NCBI GenBank assembly: GCA_051003155.1
Contig: JBPCLO010000031.1
Coordinates: forward strand, 32,001 to 96,000
Reading direction: 5' to 3'
DNA from: Fimbriimonadales bacterium
Lineage (GTDB): Bacteria > Armatimonadota > Fimbriimonadia > Fimbriimonadales > ATM1
Length of the DNA stretch: 64,000 bases
Shown: positions 30,811 to 40,136 of the stretch, piece by piece
Position numbering within the stretch: position 1 is the first letter of the stretch
Layout of the letters: every line of letters starts with the position of its first letter
Program-made: the position numbers and the translations under genes
Notes under the pieces: generated by a model
Database searches by the model: none
What the model saw: only the letters and a program-made list of their open reading frames with translations
What the model was told of the DNA's origin: nothing

Positions 30811-32346
30811 CTATTTTGGAAAATCGACCCGGTAGAGCTGAAATTCGCCCGATTCCTTCACTTTGTCCACCACGGCGCCGCCCGCCCGCATTTCCGCTGC
30901 CAGACCCTCGAATCGGTCTAGCCGGGAAATGACGAGTTCCTTCCCTTCGCGGCCCGCACGCAACTCGGCAGGTGTCTCGGCTGTCTGTGTTATCGCACCA
31001 AGATACCAAAGCATGCTGGGATGCGCCGTCTTGCCGCGCTCGCCTCTCGCTCCCGTCTGATACTCGACCACGGGAAGGCCCTCGAGCCTGGCAGCGGTGG
31101 CGACCGTTCGAGGTCCGAGATGGGTGTGGAGCCAATAGATTCGCGGTCCCAACAAAATGACAACCGCGGCCAGCGGCGCGGCAACTGCGAATCCTTGAGA
31201 TGCTGCGATCGCTCCCTCACGCCCTAGAACAAGGGCGATGATCGCACCCGTTGCCGCCGCGAACGCCGCAAGGTAAAGGGGGCTGAACGCCTCAGGAAGA
31301 TATGCCAATGCGAAAGCCAGTCCAAGGCTGGCAACAAGACCGTAGGCTACAAAAACCCAGCGCACGCCCCGAGCAGCCTTCATCCCGGTCTTCGCTAACA
31401 AGATAGCGAGCGGCGGAAAGGTCGGCAGGATGTAGTGCGGCAATTTCGATCCGGCAAAGCTGAATAGCACAAACACGACGATGGCCCATGCCCAGAGATA
31501 CTTCTCCAGCGGGGTCACCCGGCACGTACGCCAGGCTCCGGCGAGCATCAAACTGAACGGGGCCAAACCGATCAGCACCACCGGCACATACAACCAAAAC
31601 GGCCCTTGGTGCACGGTGTCAGTCCCTTGCAGCCGGCCAAGGTTCTGCTTCAAGATGAACTCCGAAAAAAAGGCGTCGCTGCGGAGCATCGCAGGAACAT
31701 ACCAGGTCGTTACGATGGCCAAGAAAATTACAGTCCCGATAACCCAGCCCTGTCTCATTCGCGGCCGCATTTCGGGATTTCGCCATGCGAGATAAACGAC
31801 AAGCGCGAAGAAAACGAACACCGGCATCGGCCCCTTGGCGAGTGTCGCGAGTCCGAGGGTGGCGGCAGTCGCCAATCGCCACCGCAAATCACCCACCAAA
31901 GACTCCCAAAACGACAGGTAGGCGGCCGTCATGAAACAGATCAGCATCGCGTCCGGTGTGAACATCCGCCCGAGCATCATGAAGAGAGCGCTCGACGCCA
32001 AAATGAGCATCGCCCAAAACGCGATCTCTCCCGAAAAACGTCTCCGAGCGAACGCCGCGACCACCGCGAGCGTGCCGACAGTGGCCAAAACGCTCGGAAC
32101 GCGCAGGGCCGCTTCGCCCGGAATCCCGAGCTTTACCATGGCCATCGCCGCCCAATAGACGAGGATCGGCTTCTCGAAGAACGGCTGCCCGCGCAGGGTG
32201 ACCATTATCCACTCGTCGTTCCGAAGCATTTCCGCCGTCGCCGCCGCGTAGATGCCCTCGTCGAGGTCGAAAAGTCCGTAAGACCAGAAGCCGACGAACA
32301 TAAGGGCGACGAATGACCAAGCCAAGACCCACGCGCGCCGATCCAT
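30811..32346 (-). CDS. ArnT/PMT-family (GT-C) membrane glycosyltransferase
   Basis: LFDLDEGIYA, EM, FFEKP, R.PS, LAKGP, SKLPHYILP; about 12 TM segments. Confidence 0.88.
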   Translation of the reverse strand: MDRRAWVLAWSFVALMFVGFWSYGLFDLDEGIYAAATAEMLRNDEWIMVTLRGQPFFEKPILVYWAAMAMVKLGIPGEAALRVPSVLATVGTLAVVAAFARRRFSGEIAFWAMLILASSALFMMLGRMFTPDAMLICFMTAAYLSFWESLVGDLRWRLATAATLGLATLAKGPMPVFVFFALVVYLAWRNPEMRPRMRQGWVIGTVIFLAIVTTWYVPAMLRSDAFFSEFILKQNLGRLQGTDTVHQGPFWLYVPVVLIGLAPFSLMLAGAWRTCRVTPLEKYLWAWAIVVFVLFSFAGSKLPHYILPTFPPLAILLAKTGMKAARGVRWVFVAYGLVASLGLAFALAYLPEAFSPLYLAAFAAATGAIIALVLGREGAIAASQGFAVAAPLAAVVILLGPRIYWLHTHLGPRTVATAARLEGLPVVEYQTGARGERGKTAHPSMLWYLGAITQTAETPAELRAGREGKELVISRLDRFEGLAAEMRAGGAVVDKVKESGEFQLYRVDFPK

Positions 32347-32394
32347 TGCGCCAGATGTTACTACCTGGGCCGTTAAACAACGTAAAATACGGAC

Positions 32395-33867
32395 ATGGGC
32401 GCTTTGGGTCAGCGAGCCTTCGGAATAGAGACCGAATTCGGATGCCTAGTCGGCGACGACTCCACGGGCGGCTACGAGGCCGTCGTCGAATCGGTCAAGG
32501 ACCACGTCTTCCACGATCAGAAGCTCGGCGCTATCGACCGCCATCCCCGCGACGAAGCTTTCGAACCCGCATACAGCGGTGGCTTCCTAATTAATGGAGC
32601 GCGGCTTTATGTTGACGCCGTCGGTTCGCACGAAGAATACGCCACCGCCGAATGCCGCGACATATTCGACCTCACGGCCAACGATCGCGCCGGCCACCGC
32701 ATCTTAGTCCGCGCCCTGAGAGAACTCGGCCTCGACGAAACCTGCAGCTTCTATAACAATAGCGTCGACCACTTCGGCGGCCACACGTTCGGCTGCCACG
32801 AGAACTATCTCGTCCACTCCAACGACCGCTTCCTCAACGAATCTGTCCACTACCTCTATCCGTTCTTGGTGACGCGCCAGATCTACGCCGGCGTCGGGCG
32901 CGTTGGCGGCCACATCATCGACTTCGCCGGCTCGCGGCCGAACTACCGGGACGTTTCGCGCAACCCCGTCGACTACATCTGGGTCAGTAATGTTTACGCC
33001 GTTCAGCCGGATCATGATGTAGAGTTTCAGCTCAGTCAGCGCGCGGACCATATCATCAAGGCTATCGCCAGCCGAGTCCGCTTCAACCGCGCGCTGATCA
33101 ACCCCAAGTGGGAGGCGTTCTACGGCCAGGGAAACACCACGCGCCTCCACCTTCTCTTCGGCGAAGCGAACCAGATGGAGTTCGCTTATGCCTTGAAGGT
33201 GGGGACGACTTGCTTGGTTCTCGACCTCATCGAAGACCACCTCATCCCGGAGCGCCTCCGACTCCTCGATCCGCTCACCGCATTACGCGACGTCAGCCGC
33301 GATGCCGATTACCGATGGATCGTCGAACTCGAAGACAAGAGCACGATAGGCGCGATCGACCTCCACCGGGAGTACCTCCGCTTAGCCGAGAAGTACCGCG
33401 GCCGCGACGAGCAGGCCGACTGGTCGCTCGACAACTGGACGGCAACGCTCGACCAGCTCGAGAAAGACCCCATGGCACTGCACGACCGGCTCGACTGGGT
33501 GGCAAAGAAGAAGATCGTCGAGGAGTACATGGCAGAAACCGGCGTGGGCTGGGGCGACGACTCGCTCCATTCGGTCGACCTCGAGTATCACAACATCGAT
33601 ACCGAGAAAAGCCTCTACCACGCACTTCTCGAAATGGGCCGCGTGCACCGCGTGATCGACGAAGTCGCCATCGTGGAAGCGATGACCGAACCGCCGAAGA
33701 ACACCCGCGCCTACGGCCGGTCGCAGCTGGTGAAATGGCTGATCGCCGAGCGCGCGCCCAGCTACTGGGTCGATTGGGACGCGGTCTACCTCGACCGCCA
33801 GACGGTCATCGAACTCCCCGATCCGCTCAGGACGTATTCGAACGCAACGGAGGCGTTGCGTAAGTAA
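32395..33867 (+). CDS. pafA: Pup/UBact-protein ligase family (PafA-like)
   Basis: FGIETEFG, FLINGARLYVD..GSHEEYATAEC, NN...FGCHENY, PFLVTRQI, SQRAD, RLH, LDWV.K, DLEYH, PP.NTRA..R, VDW. Confidence 0.85.
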   Translation: MGALGQRAFGIETEFGCLVGDDSTGGYEAVVESVKDHVFHDQKLGAIDRHPRDEAFEPAYSGGFLINGARLYVDAVGSHEEYATAECRDIFDLTANDRAGHRILVRALRELGLDETCSFYNNSVDHFGGHTFGCHENYLVHSNDRFLNESVHYLYPFLVTRQIYAGVGRVGGHIIDFAGSRPNYRDVSRNPVDYIWVSNVYAVQPDHDVEFQLSQRADHIIKAIASRVRFNRALINPKWEAFYGQGNTTRLHLLFGEANQMEFAYALKVGTTCLVLDLIEDHLIPERLRLLDPLTALRDVSRDADYRWIVELEDKSTIGAIDLHREYLRLAEKYRGRDEQADWSLDNWTATLDQLEKDPMALHDRLDWVAKKKIVEEYMAETGVGWGDDSLHSVDLEYHNIDTEKSLYHALLEMGRVHRVIDEVAIVEAMTEPPKNTRAYGRSQLVKWLIAERAPSYWVDWDAVYLDRQTVIELPDPLRTYSNATEALRK

Positions 33868-33871
33868 GCCC

Positions 33872-33972
33872 GTGGCGCCGGCATCCTGCCGGCCCTGCTC
33901 CCCCAAACTTCGCAAATGAGCGTCTCGCTAAGCCTAGCGGGAATCCAGGTGCCGGCAGGATGCCGGCGCTAC
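33872..33972. repeat. Inverted REP doublet (REPIN-like), 22-bp arms
   Basis: GTGGCGCCGGCATCCTGCCGGC (33872-33893) and the reverse complement of GTAGCGCCGGCATCCTGCCGGC (33951-33972), 1 mismatch. Each arm is itself a GCCGGCA-TCC-TGCCGGC palindrome. Confidence 0.8.
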
Positions 33973-34040
33973 AGATCAGCCAAAAAACCTTTCGACACCC
34001 CTTCAAAAATTAGCCTCCGTTGTGCCAAGATATTTAGCAT

Positions 34041-34718
34041 ATGAAAATATCACGGATGATGGCCGCCGGGCTTCTAATTGCCTGCGGCGTTTCTGCGTCT
34101 GCACACCGCCGCTACTTCGCCTACACGTACGACTGGTTTACGCCTTCGATGAACGAGAAGGAACTCGAGCTTTACTGGACCCAGAAGGAGGGCGGCGACG
34201 CGACGGCTCAGATTGAGTTCGAATACGGCATCACCGACCGCTGGATGGTGGCGCCGTATGCGATTTTCTCCCACACCGACGGCGAGGTCGACTTCGAGGG
34301 CTGGAAGCTCGAAACGCGCTACCGCTTCGGCGATTTCGCTTACGACACACTGATGCCGGGCATCTACTTCGAGGTCAAGAAAGTGGAGGGCGAAGACGCC
34401 ACCGCCGAGGCCAAGCTGATCACCACGTTGATGACGCAATCGGGCTTGATCTGGTCCGCCAACCTAGTCGCAGAGACCGCCCTCGACGGCGACGAGAAGG
34501 TGGAGTGGGCGTATGTCACAGGAATTGCGCAGCGAATGAGCGAGAGACTGCATCTTGGCTTCGAGTTCAAGGGCCACCTAGTGGAAGACGGCCACTCCGC
34601 CGGCCCGTCCTTCGCGTACAGCCTCTCACCGAACCAAAAGCTCTTCGGCACAGCGCTCTTCAGCTACCCAGGCGGAGGCAAACACGAATTCCGCGTGCTC
34701 TTCGAACACGAGTTCTAG
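34041..34718 (+). CDS. Small outer-membrane beta-barrel protein (DUF6662-like)
   Basis: Signal peptide (ASA), FAYTY, EFEYGITDR, alternating beta-strand pattern, terminal Phe (FEHEF). Confidence 0.65.
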   Translation: MKISRMMAAGLLIACGVSASAHRRYFAYTYDWFTPSMNEKELELYWTQKEGGDATAQIEFEYGITDRWMVAPYAIFSHTDGEVDFEGWKLETRYRFGDFAYDTLMPGIYFEVKKVEGEDATAEAKLITTLMTQSGLIWSANLVAETALDGDEKVEWAYVTGIAQRMSERLHLGFEFKGHLVEDGHSAGPSFAYSLSPNQKLFGTALFSYPGGGKHEFRVLFEHEF

Positions 34719-34811
34719 GCGTTAATCGTCGTCATCCGGAAATGTTCCTGCCCGAGAATGTGACGTGATGACAAGAACCTTTTGTCTCGCATTGACATTG
34801 CGTAGCGACCG

Positions 34812-37800
34812 GTGCTAGAGTTCCATCAGCCTGGTAACCCCCACAGGCTCAAAGAGATATTAGTGGAAAGGAAGTGGTTTCGTCCGGCCGCCATTCTCGT
34901 TATTTGCGCCATGGCTTTGCAGGCCTGCTCCGCTGGGATCGGTGCGGGCTTTTCGGCTATTGCATCGCTTCTCGTCGATCCACATGAGCCGTTCACGGAT
35001 TCGCCGCACCCTGCTTACCTTGGCAGGAGTCCCGGGCGCGCGGTCCGGCTGCGAGGGGGTTTCTTTAACGAGCGCACGCGAGAGGCGGCGGACCGGGCCA
35101 GTGACCGCTGGCAGGGAGACGGCGGCGGCTTGCTATACGCTATGTCGGGAGGGTACGCCGCGCCGCTAGTGCCCCCCGCCGGAGGCGGCGGGGCAGGATT
35201 GCCGGGAGAGGGGCAGTCGGGCGGGCGCCAAGGCTCCCTCGGCGGTGTCGTCAACACGCACAACGGTAACTACCTTAAGGACCTCACTCTGTTCGAGTTT
35301 CCTTGCAGGGGCGGCAGGCTCGACGTCGACTTCACCCTGTATCACAACAGCTTGGGCGACTACAACATCGAACTCGGCCACAGCTGGAGCTTCACATACG
35401 ATGCGAGGATCGAGATCGAGGGATCCGGATTCGGAGAGACCGCGACCATTCGCGGGGGAACGGGCTCGGTGGTTGCATTCGAAGACAACGACGGTGACGG
35501 CACGTTCGTTCGGCCGCCTGGCGTCTTTGACGATCTCATCAAGCTTCCCAACGGCACATACCAGGTGACCACCCACGATCAGGTCAAAGCCGTGTTCACG
35601 AAACCTACCGGTATTCCGTCCTATTGCCTCACGAGCCTCGAAGATCGCAACGGAAATATCGTCATGGTCTCGATCAGCAGCTCCGGCCAGGTGACCGACC
35701 CCACTGGCAGGCAAGTGATCATCGCGTACATCGGATCGAAGATCGACACGATCACAGATCCGGCGAACAGGGTCTGGAAGTTCCATTACGACCCGATCTT
35801 CGGCCAGGACCTCGTCAAGATCGACTACCCATCCCTCAATGCTCAAATCCACTCGGTGGAGCTCGGATACGACACCGACCACAACATCACTTCGTACAAG
35901 GACCTCAACGGCAAGATTTGGTCGCTGATCTATGAGAACGACAAGGTCCGCACGATTACGGAGCCCACAACCGACTTCACGAGAACGACTGAGTACATCT
36001 ACACCGATACGTATACCGACATCAAGAACTCGGACGCGACGACGCAACGGCACAACTATGGCAGGAACGAACTCCTTACCAGTGAAGTAGACGAGGCCGG
36101 CTACAGCTTCAACTACATGGCGTACAACACGAACAGGCTTCCGCTCACTATTAAGGACCAGAGGAACAAAACCTGGACGTACACGTACGACACGGACGGA
36201 AACGCGCTTACGAGGAAGAACCCATACCTCAAAATCTGGACGTCCACATATACGCCAAAGAACGATCTCGATACCGCGAAGAACCCGTACAACGAGACCT
36301 GGAACTACGACTACGACTCGCGCGGAAACCTCGAGAAAGTATTCGATCCGTCGCCAGCGCCGAAGCGGCTCGTCTACAACCACTACGACGCGAACGGCCA
36401 GATGGACTGGACTAAAGACGCCTACGACAACCAGACGACCTTCGAGTACGACGCCCACGGCAACCTCGACCTTGTTCGCGACCCGAATCTAAAAGAAACC
36501 ACGGCGGATTACGACGTCTTGGGAAGGATCGAGTGGGTGAAAGACCCGCTCCTGCACCAATCCACGCTTCACTACGACGAGTGGGGGCGGATGTGGAAGC
36601 TCGACCACCCTCCCGTCGGAGGCGTAACCCACAGCATCCAATACCAGTTCGACAAGCTGGATCAAGTGACGCAAGTCACCGATGAACGCGGGAAGGTTTC
36701 GTTCTTCACCTACGACGAGGCGAGCAGGCCGAAGACCCACACCAACGCCGAAAACGAGCTGGAGACGAACCTCTACAACCTGCGCGGGCTGTTGTGGAAA
36801 GTCACCAACGGACGGGGATACACGCGGACCTATACCTACAACGTTCGCGGCGAGCCATACCGCCTGGCGATGCCCGACAACCAATCCGAAGGCTGGGGCT
36901 ACGACGGCAACGGGAACACGACGTATCACGACTACCAGTTCGCCACGGTTGAGATCACCAACTTCGTGTATGACGACGCGAACCGGATGACGGAGCGAAA
37001 CGGCGTCGCGGGTCAAATCCACAGCTATGGCTACGACGATTCGGATCGCCAGACCTCGATGGCGGACGCGAGCGGGACGACCACTTGGGAGTACTGGCCG
37101 GACTCGCAGGAGAAGCGGATGGTTTCTCCGCAGGGCGCAGTTCGAAGGACGTACGACGGCGCAGCGCGGCTCCATAAGATCATCGAGGAGGGCACGGTTC
37201 CCGAGATCGAGACGGTGCATGCCTATGACATCGCGGGCAGGCTCGACACGGTCACCAAAGACGGCCAGTTGACGGACTTCCAGTATGATGATGCTTCGCG
37301 CCTCTTCAAATTGGTCTACCCGAATTTGAGTTACGCGCAGTACACGTACGACGAGAGGGACCGCGCCAAGCTCATCGAGCATAAGACCGTGGGGCACGCC
37401 CTCATCGACAAAGAGGACAACACCTACGACCCCGCGAGCAACATCACCCAGAGAATCTCGGGCGGTGTCACGACGACGTTCGGCTACGACAACATCAACC
37501 AGCTCGAATCCGAGACGAACACGACGGGCTATAGCGCGGGCTACACGTACGACGAAAATGGCAACCGGGACCTCATGGTTCTTGGCGGCGTCACGTACGA
37601 CTACGTCTACGACGCGGGCGACAAACTGACCTCGATCACATGGGCCGGCGGGAGCCAAAGCCGGAATTTCACATACGACCTCGCCGGCAGGACGAAGACC
37701 TCGACCCTAAGCGGCGTCGGGACGACGACGTACAACTGGAACGCCTACGACCGTCTGACGAGCGTCGTCGCGCCCGGTGGGACTGAGACTTTCACCTACA

Positions 37801-38705
37801 ATGGCGCGGACACGCGCGTTACCCGAACCGCGTCGGGGACGACGACCAGCTACAAGCGAAGCGGCGCGGGCCAGACCGACCCGGTGCTTTCGGAAATACA
37901 GGGCGGCAGCACCACCGTCCGCTACCTGTCGGGAATCTCCGAGAAGCGAGCGGGCACAAGCACCTACTACCACTCCGGCATCAAGAACACGATCCTGCAA
38001 ACGGGAACCGCGAACGCCACCAAGCGCTACGACGCCTTCGGCAACCAGCTCGCTGCGAGCGGCACGTGGAACGGCCCTTTCGCCTACGGCGGGCCCTTTG
38101 GATACCAAGCGGATTCGAACCTCCAGCTTCTCGGGGATCGCTACTACGATGGGTCTATCGGCAGATTCCTGACCCGCGACTCGGCAAAGGAGGGGCGGAA
38201 TTGGTATTCGTACTGTGCGAACAACCCGATCATCGCCGCAGACATTGATGGGAATCGGGTTACGTATGTTTATAAACTCTACGTTTGGTTAACAGGCAAG
38301 TTCCTGAAGAATGGAATAACTAGGAGACCGGGACCGCGTGAGCTGGAGCAAAACCGCCACTTTGGCACGAGAACTAAACTAAAACTGGTTGCGGAGTACC
38401 ACGACGATATTCCTGACGGCACGCGATATGGGAAGCAAAACCGAGAGGCCCTGGATCACGAACGACGACTGAACGAAACAGAGCCTGGTCCGCACAATAA
38501 TGAAAGATACTTGGGGGCCAAGGGCAAGCTCTTGTTAGCACTCCTGTCAATCCTAACCCTTGATCCTATCGGTGCGGGAGAAGCTGGTGCTGGGGGAATC
38601 GAACCATACATCGAGGATGCCCGCAGCTCGTTCGACAAGAAGCGCCGGGGCAAGACGGGCATGTCAGACAAGGAGCTTGAGGAGCTTACCGGTTACACGG
38701 GGTAG
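34812..38705 (+). CDS. RHS/YD-repeat polymorphic toxin with a C-terminal URI(GIY-YIG)-fold nuclease-like domain; start may be GTG 34863
   Basis: N-terminal hydrophobic segment, DUF6531-like VNTHNGN...FTLYHNS...LGHSWSFTYD, many YD repeats, core YDAFG...DRYYD..IGRFLTRD...NWYSYCANNP....D.DG, and tip YVYKLY....GKFLKNGIT...ERRL....PGPHNNE. Confidence 0.92.
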   Translation: MLEFHQPGNPHRLKEILVERKWFRPAAILVICAMALQACSAGIGAGFSAIASLLVDPHEPFTDSPHPAYLGRSPGRAVRLRGGFFNERTREAADRASDRWQGDGGGLLYAMSGGYAAPLVPPAGGGGAGLPGEGQSGGRQGSLGGVVNTHNGNYLKDLTLFEFPCRGGRLDVDFTLYHNSLGDYNIELGHSWSFTYDARIEIEGSGFGETATIRGGTGSVVAFEDNDGDGTFVRPPGVFDDLIKLPNGTYQVTTHDQVKAVFTKPTGIPSYCLTSLEDRNGNIVMVSISSSGQVTDPTGRQVIIAYIGSKIDTITDPANRVWKFHYDPIFGQDLVKIDYPSLNAQIHSVELGYDTDHNITSYKDLNGKIWSLIYENDKVRTITEPTTDFTRTTEYIYTDTYTDIKNSDATTQRHNYGRNELLTSEVDEAGYSFNYMAYNTNRLPLTIKDQRNKTWTYTYDTDGNALTRKNPYLKIWTSTYTPKNDLDTAKNPYNETWNYDYDSRGNLEKVFDPSPAPKRLVYNHYDANGQMDWTKDAYDNQTTFEYDAHGNLDLVRDPNLKETTADYDVLGRIEWVKDPLLHQSTLHYDEWGRMWKLDHPPVGGVTHSIQYQFDKLDQVTQVTDERGKVSFFTYDEASRPKTHTNAENELETNLYNLRGLLWKVTNGRGYTRTYTYNVRGEPYRLAMPDNQSEGWGYDGNGNTTYHDYQFATVEITNFVYDDANRMTERNGVAGQIHSYGYDDSDRQTSMADASGTTTWEYWPDSQEKRMVSPQGAVRRTYDGAARLHKIIEEGTVPEIETVHAYDIAGRLDTVTKDGQLTDFQYDDASRLFKLVYPNLSYAQYTYDERDRAKLIEHKTVGHALIDKEDNTYDPASNITQRISGGVTTTFGYDNINQLESETNTTGYSAGYTYDENGNRDLMVLGGVTYDYVYDAGDKLTSITWAGGSQSRNFTYDLAGRTKTSTLSGVGTTTYNWNAYDRLTSVVAPGGTETFTYNGADTRVTRTASGTTTSYKRSGAGQTDPVLSEIQGGSTTVRYLSGISEKRAGTSTYYHSGIKNTILQTGTANATKRYDAFGNQLAASGTWNGPFAYGGPFGYQADSNLQLLGDRYYDGSIGRFLTRDSAKEGRNWYSYCANNPIIAADIDGNRVTYVYKLYVWLTGKFLKNGITRRPGPRELEQNRHFGTRTKLKLVAEYHDDIPDGTRYGKQNREALDHERRLNETEPGPHNNERYLGAKGKLLLALLSILTLDPIGAGEAGAGGIEPYIEDARSSFDKKRRGKTGMSDKELEELTGYTG

Positions 38706-38716
38706 CCAGTCTGATC

Positions 38717-39532
38717 GTGGCGAACACAAAACGTGGGCCAGGGGCAAGCGACGGGAAGGGTCGAAAGCCTGGCGAGTATTCAGCCATAACCGTCGGCTTC
38801 TCAGTGATCACGCTGGGACCGGAGTTTGACGAGTACCGACGGTTTCGCGACGTTGACCACCTGTGCATAGCCGCTGAGTCGACAGCCGATGATGCTGGGG
38901 TTGCACGACAGAGGGCGCTCGAGGTGATACTGCAATTGATATTTGAGGGTTCTATTTCAAAGCTCGAACAGATGCAGGATGATATGAAATCGAGCTACAG
39001 CCGTGCTTGGAATAGCGCGAGCACACCAATCCAAGTTCCGATCGAGTTGGTTTGCTCCCGAGATGGTGAGTTCAGGCCGCGCCTAGTCGCCCTAATCAGA
39101 CGTGGCGCTGCGGAACTTGCTGCGCACCTTGATCGCAAACGCGTCGTAGTAACCGGACCGCAACTACAAGAAATCATGGAGCGCATTCTGCAGAAATATC
39201 TAGAAGTCCCATCCCCGTTGCCACCAACCCACTACGAGGACCTACGGCGGAAACACGCTGACGAGCCTATTTCCGGGCCGGAGGTTGTAAACTACTACGT
39301 CTACTTCAAAAATAAGCCCTGCGCAATCGCCTTTGCGAAATCTGCCGCTGTGGAAGGACTCACCTCTGAAGTGGGCAAGCGAGAGAAGGAGTGGCTGTGC
39401 GTACTTAGCAAGACTGTCTATGTCAACCGAATTGATGCACAGGAAACTGCGAGAATCGAGAGACTCGCCGAGGAGTTCGACGGCGATTTCGACGGATGGG
39501 ACATCGGTCCTGAGCCTCCACAAGTGATGTAA
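38717..39532 (+). CDS. Putative immunity protein with a C-terminal RraB-like domain
   Basis: Starts 11 nt after the Rhs stop and has atypical codon usage. C-terminal YYVYF...A.AF...W...L.K...LAEEFDGDFDGW resembles RraB-like domains. Confidence 0.6.
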   Translation: MANTKRGPGASDGKGRKPGEYSAITVGFSVITLGPEFDEYRRFRDVDHLCIAAESTADDAGVARQRALEVILQLIFEGSISKLEQMQDDMKSSYSRAWNSASTPIQVPIELVCSRDGEFRPRLVALIRRGAAELAAHLDRKRVVVTGPQLQEIMERILQKYLEVPSPLPPTHYEDLRRKHADEPISGPEVVNYYVYFKNKPCAIAFAKSAAVEGLTSEVGKREKEWLCVLSKTVYVNRIDAQETARIERLAEEFDGDFDGWDIGPEPPQVM

Positions 39533-39546
39533 TGGCTGGGAGATCA

Positions 39547-39930
39547 ACCGCCCGCCTGCGTGGGCGTGACCTGCAATTGACCTCTAATTTCGATGCCGAG
39601 AGTCGTGTCTGGACTTCGGACGGGTGGTGGGCGGGCGGTCTGGGTTGTACTCGGACCGGGCTGGGTGGTCCGGGTGGTGTGAAGCCTCTCCCCGGGTGGC
39701 ACGGCCAGATTCGCGTGAACCGCTTTCGAGTCTTGAGTCCCCTTCGAGCGAATCTGACCGTGGGCGGGCGTCGCAATCGTGATGCCATGGGGGTTCCATA
39801 CCGTGTGGCCTCCAAGGGTGAAGGGGATCGCAAGTGGCAAGAACCGAATCGCGCTGCGGTTTACTATCGCCGCTGCGGACTCCCGAAGTGATAGGGTCTT
39901 GCCACTTAAGGGTTCGTCCGGAAGCCCCGC
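39547..39930. other. Intergenic cluster of long inverted repeats (candidate structured RNA or palindromic elements)
   Basis: Stems: 39547-56/39630-39 (10 bp), 39649-57/39667-75 (9 bp), 39700-14/39748-62 (15 bp, 1 mismatch), 39832-42/39897-907 (11 bp) with an inner 7-bp stem. Confidence 0.5.
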
Positions 39931-40136
39931 CGAACTGAGTGAATGCTTCGGTCACACCAGCAAACTGGCCGATGCGGAAACTTCCTAAACCAAAGCAACT
40001 TCCCGAAATCACAGCCAAAGGAAAAGACCAGAAAGTTCGAAAGAATCTAGCCTCAACCGAACTGCCCGCAGCTTCCCACGATCCCAAAGACAAAGGACAA
40101 AAAATCAGGTAAACAATAATTAACGATGAATCGGCG

